A stretch of 48,261 nucleotides of DNA from Moniliella sp. 'wahieum' (Eukaryota): assembly GCA_003971905.1 (NCBI GenBank), contig RSEE01000073.1, forward strand, positions 310,001 to 358,261. The letters run 5' to 3'. Made by a program: the position numbers and the translations under genes. The number at the start of each line of letters is the position of its first letter. Positions within the stretch are counted from its first letter, which is position 1. The notes under the pieces are model-generated. The model was not told the DNA's origin. It made no database searches and saw only the letters and a program-made list of their open reading frames with translations. Below are positions 1-13,138 of the stretch, piece after piece.

Positions 1-1733
1 GCTGCCGCCGCCGTCGCCACCAGCGCAGACGCCCCCGTGCCCTCCCCCAGCTTCCTCCCCGTCCCGCTCCTGCCCCTGCCCCTCCCAGGCGCGGGCCCAA
101 CCAGTCTGGAAGCATGCTTGTTCGCCTGTCTGCCGCCAACGCCTCTGCTCGTCCAGCACCTGCATACCTTTGCTGAGGAATGTTCGTGGCTATGCCCCTG
201 GACAGCGCCTGCACTGGAGCAACGCGTCTGGGCCAACCCGACAGCCCTGCCGCTCGAGCGTCCAGCCGACGGCCAAGAAGCAGGGGCGCAACCGCCCCAC
301 CCTTCGCTCTTGTTCGCCATCTTGGCCTGGGTTCACACCCTCCATCCCGACTTGCGCGCCGAGGTGCCGCCCGAGGGCCGAGTGTTGCTCCAAGCTCAAA
401 CCTTGCTTTCCTCCCGCATTGCGTCTGAGCCTCGGCCGGGCGACGAGTACGCGTGTCTGTGCCAGGCAGGCCTTTCCCTTACTTGTGCTCCCTGTGCGCC
501 GGCCGGGACGGGGACAACAGAAGGCCCGATTCCCTCCCCCGAGTTTCTCCAACGACGCTCGTCGCGCTGGCGACTGGATTTGCTCCAAGCTCGTGTCTTG
601 CTGGATCAGTATACGTTTGCCCAGGCGCGCTTGGAGCGTACTTTACTCGAAGCCGGCGCGACGCGTCGTTTGGCTGACACCCTCGCTCTCCCTTGCCCTC
701 CCCGCCCACCAAACCAGACCGAAGCGCCCGACGCGCTTGAACCTATTGATCTTGCTCTCCTTCTGCCCGGTTGGCTCGACTCGAGTCCGCCTGCCGAGCT
801 CGATACACCCAAGGCGGAAAGGGACCGAAGTGTTAAGCTGGCTCATGCGTTTGATGCTTCGTTGCCAGCCTATGGCGGTCCCGTGTCCCCCGCTGCACTG
901 GACCCCTTGCTGTCGTCCCCGCCTGTGCCTAATTCTAGTTCTAGTTCTAATTCCCACGACCTCCTCGACCTCTACCTCGCCTCGATGGCCTTGTTGGGCA
1001 AGATGGGTCAAGCTCCACTGTCCGACCCGGTCCCGACGCCATTACTCAACCACCTTGCCCAGCTCAACGCCGCGCTCCTTGCCCATGCACACCGCCTTCC
1101 TTCCGACCCACTCGTGCGCACCGCCCACCTGGCCCTGCTGGCAGGCGAGATGGTGCTCTACACGCCACTCGGCAGTCGGGCGGGCGAAGCACGCGGCGGT
1201 CGCGCCGGCTTGCTCCGCGCCGTACGCGCCATGGACCGCGCTGTGCCCCTGATCCAAGCTGGCGCAGGCGACGCACCGCTCCACCCCCCTTGGCGGCATG
1301 GTGCGTGACCCAGCTGGCTGCCGGCCTGATCCGCCTAGCTGCCGGTGGAGCGGCCGAGGCGCGGCCTTCGCACGACACGCTCCCCGGCGACGCCGACGCC
1401 GACGCGGGCACGAGCGCGGGCACGACTGCGGGCGCCGATCCGACGCACAGCGCCGACGCCGATGGTGATGCGCAGGGCGAAGCGGCTGCGGTAGCGGGCC
1501 CCCCATCGTCCTGGGGACCCATCTTGTACGTTCTTCTTGCGCCCGAAGACGCAGCGGGGGCAGGCGCGCCAACGCTTGCTCCAAGATACCTTCCAGCTCT
1601 GCTGGCTCTTCCTAGACCAGTATGCTACCCGCTTTGCCTTGGGGCAGGCCGCCAAGCAGGCCCTGCATCGCGTCCTGGAGCAGATGAAGCTCTGAGCAAA
1701 CCCGAGATGGTCGATGCGGGCGCAGGCGGCTGA
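1..1733 (+). CDS. Fungal-specific transcription factor (middle homology region)-like protein, 5' partial
   Basis: Frame is open from base 1 (ORF 37..1308). Helical motifs LLFAILA, DLLQARVLLDQY and AG..RRLADTLAL resemble the Fungal_trans region. Continues in ORF 1290..1733 after a probable indel near the C run at ~1284-1289. Confidence 0.5.
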
Positions 1734-2260
1734 GGGCTGAGGCTAGAGAGCGGAGCCTCCGGAGGATGCATGCCACCATACCAGATCAGACGGTTGCTGG
1801 GATAGATACCCGGGGGGCAGGGGGGGGCACGGGCACGAGTAATAAGCCTCATGGGCCTCATGGGGCTCCCTTAGCGGCGCCCACAAGCAAAGGTTATGAG
1901 GGCTGCGGGGCCACAGAGTGGCGCGTGACGCGTGACACGTGACGCGTCGAGTGCGACGACCAACCAGCGAAGCACCAGGCGTGCGAGTGGCGGCGGTGAC
2001 GTCATGCGAGCAGCCACCCCGCGGGACTGCGATCCAACATTCATTCGTGTTGGGCCCGCCGATCGTGCGGCGAGGCAGCCTTTTTGCCTCAGGCCTCATG
2101 ACGCAGCGACGACGACGAGTCGGACGGCGACAGTGGTGTGCAGCTCGCCGAGGCGGCATCAAAGATCACGATCCACGATCCACCCTGCTCGACAGAGGCC
2201 GTAGGCCATAGCCACCGTGCATCAGGCCGCCTGGCCCCTGCCCAGCAGTGGGAGACGCAC

Positions 2261-2717
2261 ATGCTGATGGAGAAGGCGAACCGAGACGGGGTGGACACCA
2301 CTGGCTCCTCGGCTCTCTTCACCGTCGGCCTGGAACGCTGCCACCACCTCTGCTCCGGCTGCTGCGCCCTCGACCCACGCTCAGGTAGCTACCAGCCCCT
2401 CCCCTCTGCCTCCCCTCCCCCCTCCCTCGGACGAGAGAATTTGAGTGCTGACCCTCGCCGCTGCAGCTCCGATCCACACCTGCCAGCCTCCCACGGTCCC
2501 CCCCGCCCCTCCCCAGCAGCAAGCGAACGATGGGCACAGAAGCCCCCCCGCCTACCCCCCGCAAGGCCACGGCCAAGCCGACGGCGACCCTGCGCCGGTG
2601 CATCTGCCCAAGCAGCGCCACCATCCCACGTGCCGTGACTGCTGCCACTGCTTGGTCCAGTGGCTCATCTGCTCGGCCATCTGGGACTTGATCTGCAACA
2701 TCCCCAATCTGTGCTAA
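2261..2717 (+). CDS. Small Pro/Gln-rich protein with Cys-rich hydrophobic tail (CYSTM-like), join(2261..2384,2467..2717), 124 aa
   Basis: An 82-nt intron GTAGCT...GCTGAC...CAG (2385-2466) joins ORFs 2138 and 2445 in frame. C-terminus is CRDCCHCLVQWLICSAIWDLICNIPNLC. Confidence 0.6.
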
Positions 2718-3358
2718 TAGTATTATACGGCACGGGGGGGCTACTCTAGTTTCTTTGCCCGACCTACCCTCCCTCGCCCCGCTCCGCCCTGCTTGGCCTT
2801 CTTCTTGGCCGCCCCAACGGGCTCAGGTCAGCGTAGGCCTCCTTGTCTCGCACCCGATCCATGCACCTGCCCCCGCAGTTCGTCGTATGTTAGTAGTGTG
2901 CCACGGCTCTGCATCGCCACTAGACGGCGCGTTATAGTTCTTGGTATATGGTATACGTGCAGTACGTTCGGCTCGTTTCTTGCCGCTGCTACATCTATAG
3001 TCCTGCATTCGCCAGTGCAAAGGTTGACGTCCATGGTCCAAGCCGCTACATTTGGATCGGTTTCGTACTTGCCAGGCGTCCATCAACGGGGGGAGTTATG
3101 TACAGACATTGACTGTAGGTGCCGAGTGAGTGCCGAGTGCTGATCCACAACGCACACCTAGCCGCCGAGGACTTGATGGGGCGCGGCGGTTCGGGACGCA
3201 GGGGCCGGTGCTGCGGCGCGACTAGTACAGACTCCTGCTGACACAGCAGTTTGTCACCCCTCCAGCACTCCTAATCGGACAAGTCGCAAAGTGTGCGCCG
3301 AGTTGATGGAGGGAACTTAATTCGGTCGCGGCCATGTGAACACGGTCACAGCAGCGCC

Positions 3359-3405
3359 ATCCTGATCCTGATCCTGATCCTGATCCTGATCCTCATCCTC
3401 ATCCT
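3359..3405. repeat. (ATCCTG/ATCCTC)n hexanucleotide microsatellite
   Basis: Seen directly. Confidence 0.9.
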
Positions 3406-3548
3406 CTCTCGATATCGATATCAAGTACGTCCTTCGGTCTCGAGTCTCCCCTGCTCCATTTTGCCAAGCCAGGTTATTGTCACATGATAGTACACGTTCT
3501 GTCTGTCCAAAAAAAGTCCGCGTGGTACAGCCAACAGGGTTGGGGATC

Positions 3549-5946
3549 CTACTCAACCGGTCGCAACTCGATACGGCACCGTGTCGCCAAGCGGTAGGCA
3601 CACCACGCTGCCGCAATCATGCACAGTGCCCCAATCCGCAGCGTGAGGCCAATGGCATAGGCATCGTGAGCGGCCTGGTCTAATGGGGGAGCGTCCTGGC
3701 CGCGCGTATGGCGGTCGGCAAAGGAAAACACTGTAGCACAAACGCGGTAGGTCAGTCAGCCGTGCTCCTCCCAACTTCCTCCTCCTCGCCGACCCACGTG
3801 ACGGGGCGAAAACGTACACAAACTCGATAGCCCGCTGGAGAGAAATTGGGGCACAACAATGGCAATGTTGAGCAAACCAAGGATGGTGCCAGCCTTGTGG
3901 TGCAAGTGCCCGTCGTTCAAGCTGGACGCGACCGAGTGACGCTCGGGATCGCTGGACCGATGCGGCACCTGCTCCTCTTCACTGGGCCTGGGAAGGGGAT
4001 GGTAGACCCCGCGCGAACTGGACCCAGTCCGGACCAACCCACGCACCGATCCTGTTCGTCCATGTGCCCATGCCCGTCCGAATCAATTTCCGAACCATCC
4101 TCTTCCCCGCCTTGTCCGTCATGCGACGCCGGCGCCGTCTTGCCCGACCCAACCGCCGCCTCTGGACCCTCTTCCACCCCCACCTCGGACTCAGCCCCCA
4201 CAGCCACTTCCATCGTAGATTCAGCGCTTTCCATCCGCCGCTTGCTGTTGCTCCTCGTACGCTTCCATAGCTCGATCGTTTCCCACAAGCGTGCCGATCA
4301 GCGTAAAGGGGATCCAGCCCACCACCGCCCAGGGGAGCCCGGTGGCGGCCATGAGGATCGTTGCGCCCTGGGGCGAGACTTGGGATTCTGGCCCAACGGT
4401 CGCTGCCAGCACCATGGCAAGGAAGACAATGGAGAAGAGCCAGAGATCAATGGGCTCCAAAAGGTGTAGCGACCGATTCCATTCCGTCCAAGCATGACGG
4501 GAGCGCCGTGTAGGTTGAGCTTGGTTGGTCTCTTGTGGTCTTTCGGCCGCTGCGGGCAGTAGGGTCGCCACTTCCTCGCCCTGGGGCTGATCCACCTCAG
4601 TCGACAGCTCGGCTGACACCTCTGGCGCAACTGGCCGAACGACAGCGCGGACCACGATGGGCGCACATATCGAAACGGACAGGCTAACGAGGGCACGATA
4701 GAACAGTGCTTTGGCACCATATCGTGCCGCCTTGGCAGCTTGGTCCTGGTTGTCATCCGGCCCACCGCTGGCCAGACCGGCCGGCCCCGACCCGGCCCGA
4801 AGTGCCAGATCGCGAGCCAGGAGCAAGGCACGACGGGACGCTCCTCCGCCTGGACCGGACCCAGTCGGAAGGGGGTGGGCTAAGCGCCACAAATTGGCGA
4901 CCCAGAGCGTGGAATAGAACAAGAGTGGGAACCAGCCAACCCAACTGGCAAATTGGGTGGCAAAAATCAAGTGGTACGGCCGGGGCAAAAGTCGAATGGT
5001 ATGGTACAAGTCGAGGACGAGGTCGAGAATGCCATGCAGGGCGCGCTCCAAGGCATGGGATAGGCTGGACCAGGCGCGGTGAAGTAGATGCAGAGCAAGC
5101 TGGACAGGAGGTAGGTCCGGTACAGGTTCTCGCACTCTCGTCTGCACCGGCTTGGGCAGCGGCACCTCCACCGCCACATACCCAGCAACCGCATGGGTCA
5201 CCAGCAAAGCCGTCGACGACAGCAGACATAGACAGGCCATTTGGCGCTCGAGGTTGGTGAGGCCCGGCACGGTGGTGGCGCCTTCTTCCAGACCCAAGGT
5301 GGCAAGCAAGCTATGAAACAAGCTGGACTGGGGCAAGTCCATGTGGCTCGCTTGCAGCCCCAGTACATCTCCCAGGCCGGCAAGCCGGGCGGCCCAGTTG
5401 GCACCCGACGCCTGGTGCGACGCAGGCAGCATGTCCACACACAGCGCCCGGTCCAACGCCATCACCGCATTCACAGCAAAGTCCACCGCAAACACACCCA
5501 GCGCCGCAATCAGCTGGGCCAAGCGCGGCGCCGGTCCCGCAGCGCTCGTACTGCCCAGCACAGCGGCGAGCGGGCGGGAAAAGCCAAGACAGAGCATGCC
5601 GACAGTGGCAGCCAGACAGGCGACCACGAGCCACGGCCGGCGGCAGCCCCAGGGGTGGGTACACGCATCGGACAGGTACCCAATCGTCGGCTGCACCACC
5701 AGCCCGGCAAGCGGGCCGGCGAGCAGGACGGCGGCGGTGGACGCCTTGCTGAGTCCGAGACAGCAAAGGGCGACGCATAAGCCATCTCCATGGACCAGAC
5801 CGCCTGCCAGCCGAGCGCGCCACACAGCAGCGGCGCTTGCAGCGCCGGCGGGCCACGCACCCGCGCGGCGGGCGGCCGTGCGTTCCGCGCGGCGGGTAGG
5901 GGTTGGGGTCAGGCGCGGCGGGCGGCAGGGGCGCAGCAGAGACCAT
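3549..5946 (-). CDS. MFS/GPH sucrose-alpha-glucoside:H+ symporter (S. pombe Sut1 / SLC45-like)
   Basis: Motifs QAVWSMEMAYASP, LAGPLAGLVVQPTIGYLSD...GCRRPW, QFASWVGWFPLLFYST, WIPFTLIG and AGTILGLLNIAIVVPQFL. In-frame intron 3731-3817. Several frameshifts; start uncertain. Confidence 0.88.
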
Positions 5947-5949
5947 CGG

Positions 5950-6018
5950 GGATGGTGGTGGAGCGGATGGTGGGGCGGATGGTGGAGCGGATGGCGGAGC
6001 GGATGATGGAGCAGATGG
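5950..6018. repeat. 12-bp tandem repeat (GGATGGTGGAGC-like, ~5-6 units) just upstream of the symporter
   Basis: Seen directly. Confidence 0.8.
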
Positions 6019-8734
6019 GGACGGGCCCAGATGCTGTCGGACAAGCACGAGCCACTCGAGTAGCGTCACAGGTCACATGACCTGCCCCCGATGTGACATG
6101 TGACTAGCCCCCATGTCACGTGCCACAATCTTCTATTACCATATTGCAGGACCCACCAAGAATCGACAGCAACCCTACTGCTCCCCGCCAGCACGTGACG
6201 GGGCTGGCTGCGCCGACTATCGGGCATATGACAGAGTCGCGTCGACGCGTCCCTCCACTCCCTTAAAATGCCCCTCCCTACCCGTGCTCACTGGCGGTGC
6301 CCCCATTGCCGCACCAACGACCACATTCGCGCACAGTGTTACTTCAACCCACGCCGAGAGTTGTACGGACATTGCCGTCGCCATGGCCACAAGGCTGCCG
6401 ACTGCGGTAGTTTCGGGTTTGGTTGACGGATCCGAGCCGAAGAGAAGCCTTTGGGCGTGAAGCCGAGGCGGCCGCACGCGCGGAAAGGCTGTGTATGCGC
6501 CGGCTTGGGGGTAGTAACGTGTCTGAAGCCTCCGGAGCTTAGGGACGGGTAGATGCTGTGGAAAACAAAGACCGCCAGGGCTGAAGCTGGGCGGGGGCGG
6601 CTGTGGACGCAGCTGTGAAATGAGCCCACGCGATACGCCGTGGTAGGGCGAATCGACGCCGCTGAAGGAAGGCTCGCGTGACTGGGCGGATGGAAAGCTG
6701 GAGGACGAAGTTGGATGATGAAGATGAGGCAGCTAAGTGGAGACGAGAGATTGCCTTGCATTACTCAATCAGTTGGCCGGAAACCGTCAGGAGTTGGACA
6801 AGAAAGGTGGGAAGGGACGAGAATGGAAGGTGGGATAAAGGATCCCCACTGATCGAGGATGCTGACTGTTGGCTGACCCTGTTTTGGTAACCCCCTCCTG
6901 TCTAAGCCCCACCGCACTGGCATATCGATGTTGACAGAGCGAAGCAGAGACGAAGCTGCTAGAATGGTTCAGCTGCAAAGCAGCATTCAGACAAGGCGTG
7001 AAGGCAATGCGGTGAGCCACAGGTCTTCAAGCAACATATCTGAATTGAAGGCAAGGAGACAGGAGAGAGAAGGGAGATGAAGCGAGCAGGGCGTGCGCGC
7101 CCTGTGAGCGGAACTCTTCCGCCCGGTTAAGTGAGCGTCACCGATCCACCGAGGGCCGTGCAGGGCCACCCATCCCCCCAATAAAAGCAAGCGAGGCTGC
7201 GAAGGCGCTAAGAATATCATCCGATAGCACTTCCTCGTGTCACATGTCATGTGGCAGGTTCGATCGGTGCAATGTCTGGGTGCACGTGCCATCTGCGCAC
7301 TCGTGGGACTCTAAGTGCCTTCGAACTTCCGCAGAGCTGAGCCTCAGCTCGTCGGCAGTCTATATCAAGCCTCGTCCACTTTTTGGTTCTTCCCTAGGAA
7401 GGATATACAGGCAAAGGCGGTGAGTGTGGCTCTCGGGGCTTGTCCCATTCCCTTTCGGACGGCAGAGCCTGTGATCATCACAAGGCAGGTGATGCTTGAC
7501 AGAAGCATATATGATGGATATATGATGGATGACATTTGTTTGATGCTGCCTGCGCTGTTCCTCCGAACTAGCTTGCCAGAGCAGCCCTTGAGCCTGAGGC
7601 ACCATGAAAGCTGGAAGCTTGAAGCTGGATGCCTGAAGCCGAAGAAGGTGTGGAAGCTTGACGGCATGGGAGCGTTGGGGCGGTTGAGGCCGGAGTTGTC
7701 GAGGCTGTGGAGTGGATGTGTGCCACCCACCCCGGTCGGAGGTCGGAGCGCAGACGCGGCAGGCCGCCTACCATCAACTGCCAGATGAGACCGAAGAAGG
7801 TCTGTGATGAGCGAGTTCAACCCAGTCGGCAGGACGCCGATTGCAGTTTCGTTTTGATCAGCCCTCGTGGCGTGTGTGCTCTCTTCCCCGCGAGCCGCGC
7901 CCTACTCCACCCCACCGCGGCTCGATCAGCGGCGGCCACACAAACACACCCGCTTTGATCGGACGACCACCGTCTCTGTTCGGCGGTTCGAGATTAAGCT
8001 TCAGCAGGCGAGGGCCAAACACATTCCTGCGTGCCCACCCCACCAACCCTGCTCTTCACATGTGTCTTACTCCTTCGGCAACACTCTGGACAGACAACGT
8101 AAGGGACGCCGCCAACGGATATCATAGCATCGTTCTCCTCTCAAATCTGCCCGTTGCTCTGACGCTTGCTCCGCAACGCGTCAACACCATCCGACCCACC
8201 ACCACCTTCCCCCCTCTTCCCTCCCTCTTCCCTCAAACCCCTGTATACCGCGCTCTTCATTAGCCCTATCCGGGGCCGCTCTCACAGACCAATGATCCCC
8301 ATCCTCCCCCCACTTCTTCCCCCTCACGCCGCTCCTTGTCCATCCACCCTTTTCCTTCTTTTCATTCATTCGCCCCCACTCCAACACACATTCGTATTCC
8401 CCCACCCCCAAACTCACCACAGCCGCTACCCAGGCCACAAGAACCAGCATGGATCCCACATTGATGCAGGTGTACGAGAAGCGCCCCATCCCAGATTGCC
8501 CGTATCGCCAGACGATTCTTACGTCCTCGAGCCACACCAACATCGCTTTCATAGCAGCTTCGCGTCTCCTACGCATGTGCCTCCCACTTGTTTGCACGGG
8601 TCCCAGGCACGATTTTCGCACGTATGGCGGCAATCCACAGAAGGCACCCCAACGTGGCCCATCAATGCTCAAGCCTCACCCCTGCCTTTGGGTACCCCGA
8701 GTCGTTTTTGATCGAACCCAAGAATACCGAGGCC

Positions 8735-10463
8735 ATGACCAACAATACAGAGATCAAGACAGAGACCCAGGCTGACAGCTTGCATCCTTTCTCTGCCGTG
8801 ACAGGCTCAAGAAGTCAACCCGAGTCAGAATGCGAGACGTCGCTTTCAACCCCTCCCTCCGAGCAGGACACGGAAGCCGCAGCTACCGATTTGGGATTGA
8901 TGAGCCCTAACGACTTGCTACTCGCGTCTTCGCGTCGGTTCCCTACCGCTCGGTCTCGGTCTCCTCTTCCATCCTGGTCTGTGGCCAACGCGCCATGCCA
9001 AGGGCAATGCTCGGTGGCGGATCAATTGCGCGCTCAAGTAGTCGCCCTGAAGACTGAGAATGCCAAATTACCCCCCCTTTTTGCCGAAAACGCACGCCTC
9101 ACCCGTATGTATGCCGAGACGGTCGGACGGATTACACTGCTTCAACGTGAACGTCGAGTGGCCGAAGCCAAGCTTGTGGCTGCCGTCAACAATGCTGACT
9201 TGTGGGCGTCCGTTGCGCATCAGCTGCAAAAGGTACATATGCTCTCTGATTGTCTTGCTCTGGGGCTATACTCTGAAGACGTATAGGGGCCAGGTGCTAA
9301 CCAGATTGTCCACGTTGTGTGCTCAATATCAGGCGCTTGTCCATGATCAACTACGTCCCGTCCCCCGTCCCCTCGATCCACAACATGTGGCGAGCCGACA
9401 GACGGAAGATCATCTTTCTTTGGCCAGTGGGCAGGCGGCAGAGGAAACATCCTCCCGTTCGGTTCCTGATATTGCTCCTTGTTTACGGTCAAGATCAAGC
9501 CTCCTACCGGACCAACACGCTTTTACGCGACGTCGTTCAGCTCCTAGCAACACGTCATCCAGGTCCGCTGCCGTCCATGCCGTCCATGCCAGGCGTACTC
9601 AGTCCTTGCAAAGCAAGCAGCACGATCCTCCTTCTACTTTTCTTCCTGCCCAATTGGGTCGGGCTAAGAATGAGTTGCTCCACTTCCCCCCCGGGCAATT
9701 CGGCTGCGGCCCTCCCATGGGCACCTCGCCCCTGTTTTCGCCTACACCCACAGGATGGGTCGGCGTGGGTGGGCTAAGGCAGCGTCGCAGAGGACGCATG
9801 TCAAGCTCAGGTTCGAGCTCAAGCTTGCATGGCTCCATTCCCACCTGTGTCAATGATTTGTTTTCCCCTGACCTTGCAATCCCCCACGTCTCTCCGGGCG
9901 CTCCGGTTAACCTGCAAGTTCTTCCCCTTTCCCCATCTACCGCCTCCGTTGCAACGCCTACTGCCTGCCACACCCGCTCGCACAGCTCTGCCACACGGGA
10001 GGCCGTGGAGAGACTGGAGACAAAGCGCCCTCAGGCCCACTCCAAGATCAGCTTCCCGTCCGCCTTGCCCTCTCAGCGCTGCTCAACTCCCTTCACGGCC
10101 CCTATTATGCCTACTGTCAGAAGTATGCACAACGCGCCTGATGCCCATACGCCTTCCTCAGCCCCTGCGTCGCCGGCAGCTTACTCCGGTCTGAGCGAGG
10201 CAGACCTTCAGGCCCACCGTGAGACCTACCGTAGCCTGGCTGCGGAGCTGTCACCCGGTGACCTGGCCATCTTCCAAGAGCGCATCCATCAATTTGACCG
10301 GGCCCTTCTTCCGCTCGAAGGCAAGGGGGGGCTTTTAGACCAAGTCGAGAGCCTGCTCCTCGCCGACACTGATTTGGCCCAGACCGATCCGTCCCGCTAC
10401 CGCGCCCGGTGCGCCCTAGCCCAACGGTTCGAGAAAGTGTGTCGGGCGGTAACAAGCCCATGA
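8735..10463 (+). CDS. Hypothetical protein: N-terminal coiled coil, long Ser/Pro-rich linker, helical C-terminal domain; join(8735..9232,9294..10463)
   Basis: Long ORFs 8588 and 9060 are joined in frame by a 61-nt GTACAT...CAG intron. Heptad pattern QLRAQVVALKTENAKL...ITLLQRERRVAEAKL. Confidence 0.6.
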
Positions 10464-11932
10464 TGTTCCACCACCTACACCACCGGTGCGTTTTTTCTTT
10501 TTCTCCCTCTCGTCCACGGCCCGCCCACACCATCTGCATCTATACCTACGCATCCTGTTTCTTTCGTTCACCCAGACAAGTACATACGCGCCCTCTGTGC
10601 TCTCATGCTACACATTTTCATCCTGGTGCCCTCCGGTTCTGTATGGTTCGAACACCCTTTGCGAGGGAGCGCGGACCTGAGCTCTTCTGTCCACGTCTCT
10701 CTTCTTCTCTCTTCCCGAGGCCCTTTTATATACCGTTCCACGCAGCCTCATTGCTTTCCCTCCCTCTGTTCCTGCTCTCATATTACATGCCCCTTCTGCA
10801 CGTACACCTCCTCGTCTCTGCTTTTTCTCGTGCGCCCTACACTCAGCTTCCTCCTGCCCCTTCGGTCGCCGGCGACCCCACATGGCTACCTTCTTCCCCT
10901 GTGAGTCTTCCCACCTGCCCAACCGAAATCAATTCAGAAAGTACACTACCAAAACGGGAGCATATCCTGATCTCCACGAGGCGAGCGAGGCCACATTATA
11001 CAGTGTGCATCGAGAGCGTAGCATCGGCAGAGCCGAGGGGACCAAGACGGTTGGTGTCGCGCACATCGTCCCGCCCCATTCTCGTCCTGCCTGTCTTGGG
11101 CAACGGCGGGCCTTACTAGTTACTAGCCTTGCTGGCCCGACTCTTTTCCGCCTGCCCGAGCCAATTCCGGCTGCTGCCAGCCTGCCTGCCCGCCAGGACG
11201 ACCAATTTCAAACTCCCCCCAGTCTCTGCAACAATCCGCCGCGGGTGGAGGCACCCTCTTAGGTAAGCCCTTCCTAACCCTGCAGGCGCATGTCGTTCTC
11301 GGTTGGTTCTTCGGGGCGGGGTATAAAAATTGCTTCTGTGGCTGCCGTTTTTCCTTCCCACCACCGCCTCTCCCTTGCTCTGCCACCCCTTCTCCGTCCT
11401 TTCTTTTTGCCAAGGTCGGGGCAGGGGGGTACAGCTACGACCTCCTTCTCGACACCCGTACCTTGGACCGCCCTCTTTCCCTCTTTTCTTCAGGCGCTGT
11501 GTCGCCTCGCTGCTGCTGTGTGAGTATCGCGTCCTTGCCATCCAACGGGATGACAAACTTATCTCAGCTCACACCTAGTAGTAGAATAGGACTACTGCTA
11601 TGTGGAGAACCTACGTGGAACACCTGACTTGTTCTCCCTTCCAATGGCTCCTGCTTGGGCATCCCCGCTTACCATTTCTTGCCTTTTGCTTCGTACCAGG
11701 TATCCCCGCTTCCATGTTTGCTCCCTGGCAAATCTCTTAGGCCCCTCCCCTCGTTTCGGTTGTTGGTTGGACGTCGGGTACGTACGCTTTCTCGCTGACA
11801 TGCATTCTGACCGGTTTGGCCCTTGCTATTTTGAGGATACATCCTTCCCTGCCCGCTAGTAGGCCTGCACGGCTCCACGCACCCTTGAATAGCTGTTCTC
11901 TTCCCCAGTTTGTACGTCAAGGTGCCACAACT

Positions 11933-12274
11933 TTAATGGATGGTCTGACGTGAAGGTTCAAGTGGAACAACTATCAATTCCCTTTTGTTAGAAAGCAGAG
12001 GATAGTAATGGCATGTGTCTGTTACAGAATACCACGGGCGGTGTAACGGTGTGGCCTCCCGGGCGGTGACAACCTCGCCCGACGGGGGCACAAAGGGGAG
12101 CCAGCCCTCTGGCTCGTCAGGCAAGGGGACCAGTCGTAGGCCCGAAGCGCGAGCTTCGTACCCAAGAGACGTCCTCCACTCCGCCTTCCTAGCGATAGCG
12201 TTCCTAAGCTGAGTCCTGGAGAAGGCGGCGCTGAGGGTGGACGTAGGACAAGACGATTGGTCGCTTGCCTCCAT
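11933..12274 (-). CDS. Hypothetical 113-aa protein
   Basis: ATG-started ORF with ordinary composition and TATATAAA at 12305-12298 upstream. No recognisable homology. Confidence 0.25.
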   Translation of the reverse strand: MEASDQSSCPTSTLSAAFSRTQLRNAIARKAEWRTSLGYEARASGLRLVPLPDEPEGWLPFVPPSGEVVTAREATPLHRPWYSVTDTCHYYPLLSNKRELIVVPLEPSRQTIH

Positions 12275-13138
12275 GCATTCTTAGTACAGAGCGGGTCTTT
12301 ATATAGGCAAGTCGAACGCCGAGATGACCGAGACGAGGCTCCAGATGGCCAACTCGATTGGGGCGATGGCAGGGGCAGGCGTGGCAGGGAGGCGCACGGC
12401 GATGGGGCAGATGCGCAAGCAGAGAAGGATGAGAAGGAGGCCAGAGCGGGTGCACAAACGGGTGGACTGGAGGCGGAGCAGAGGGAGGGTGAGTGGAAGG
12501 CCGGAAGTAGGCTCGCAGAAACACGGGAGGGAGAGAAAGAAGGCGTAGATTGGGGGGGGACGAGGCAACTGAGCTTGAGGCGGCAGGCACCCCCGCCTGC
12601 AAACAGGGCCAGACGCAGTCCAGATGCCCGACAGACGACCCGTCAGATGCCCGACAGACGACCCGTTGGCGTTGGGGATGGCAGCGACGGCGGCCCAGAT
12701 GGGGGTGGCGGCGGTGAGGAAGGACGGCAGTCAGTGCGGCAGCGCAGTGGAGACGAGGTGGTGGGGGAGCAACAAGGGACACTCCGCCACGCTGCCGACC
12801 CAAGCGCTCGATGGCACGAAGGCTCACACATCACTGATGCGTCCCCCCACCGCAGCCACCACACACAGGCGCCGTGCGGTGGTTAACACACGGACCCACG
12901 AACGTAATGTTCTTGGCCCGCTGGTCGTAACCAAAAACGACCACCCCTGCTCCATAGCAAGTCGCCTGACACTCGTTCCTGTTTTTTCCCGGGCACATCG
13001 CGTTCAAAAGCTGGAGTGACCAGTTACTGTTTCACGCTTGTCACGAACACGATGGGGCAGGCGATGAGGCTAGGCAAGTTCGACGAAATAGCATTTGGAT
13101 GGTGCATTTTGTTCTGCGAGGATCAACGCCTGATGGTC

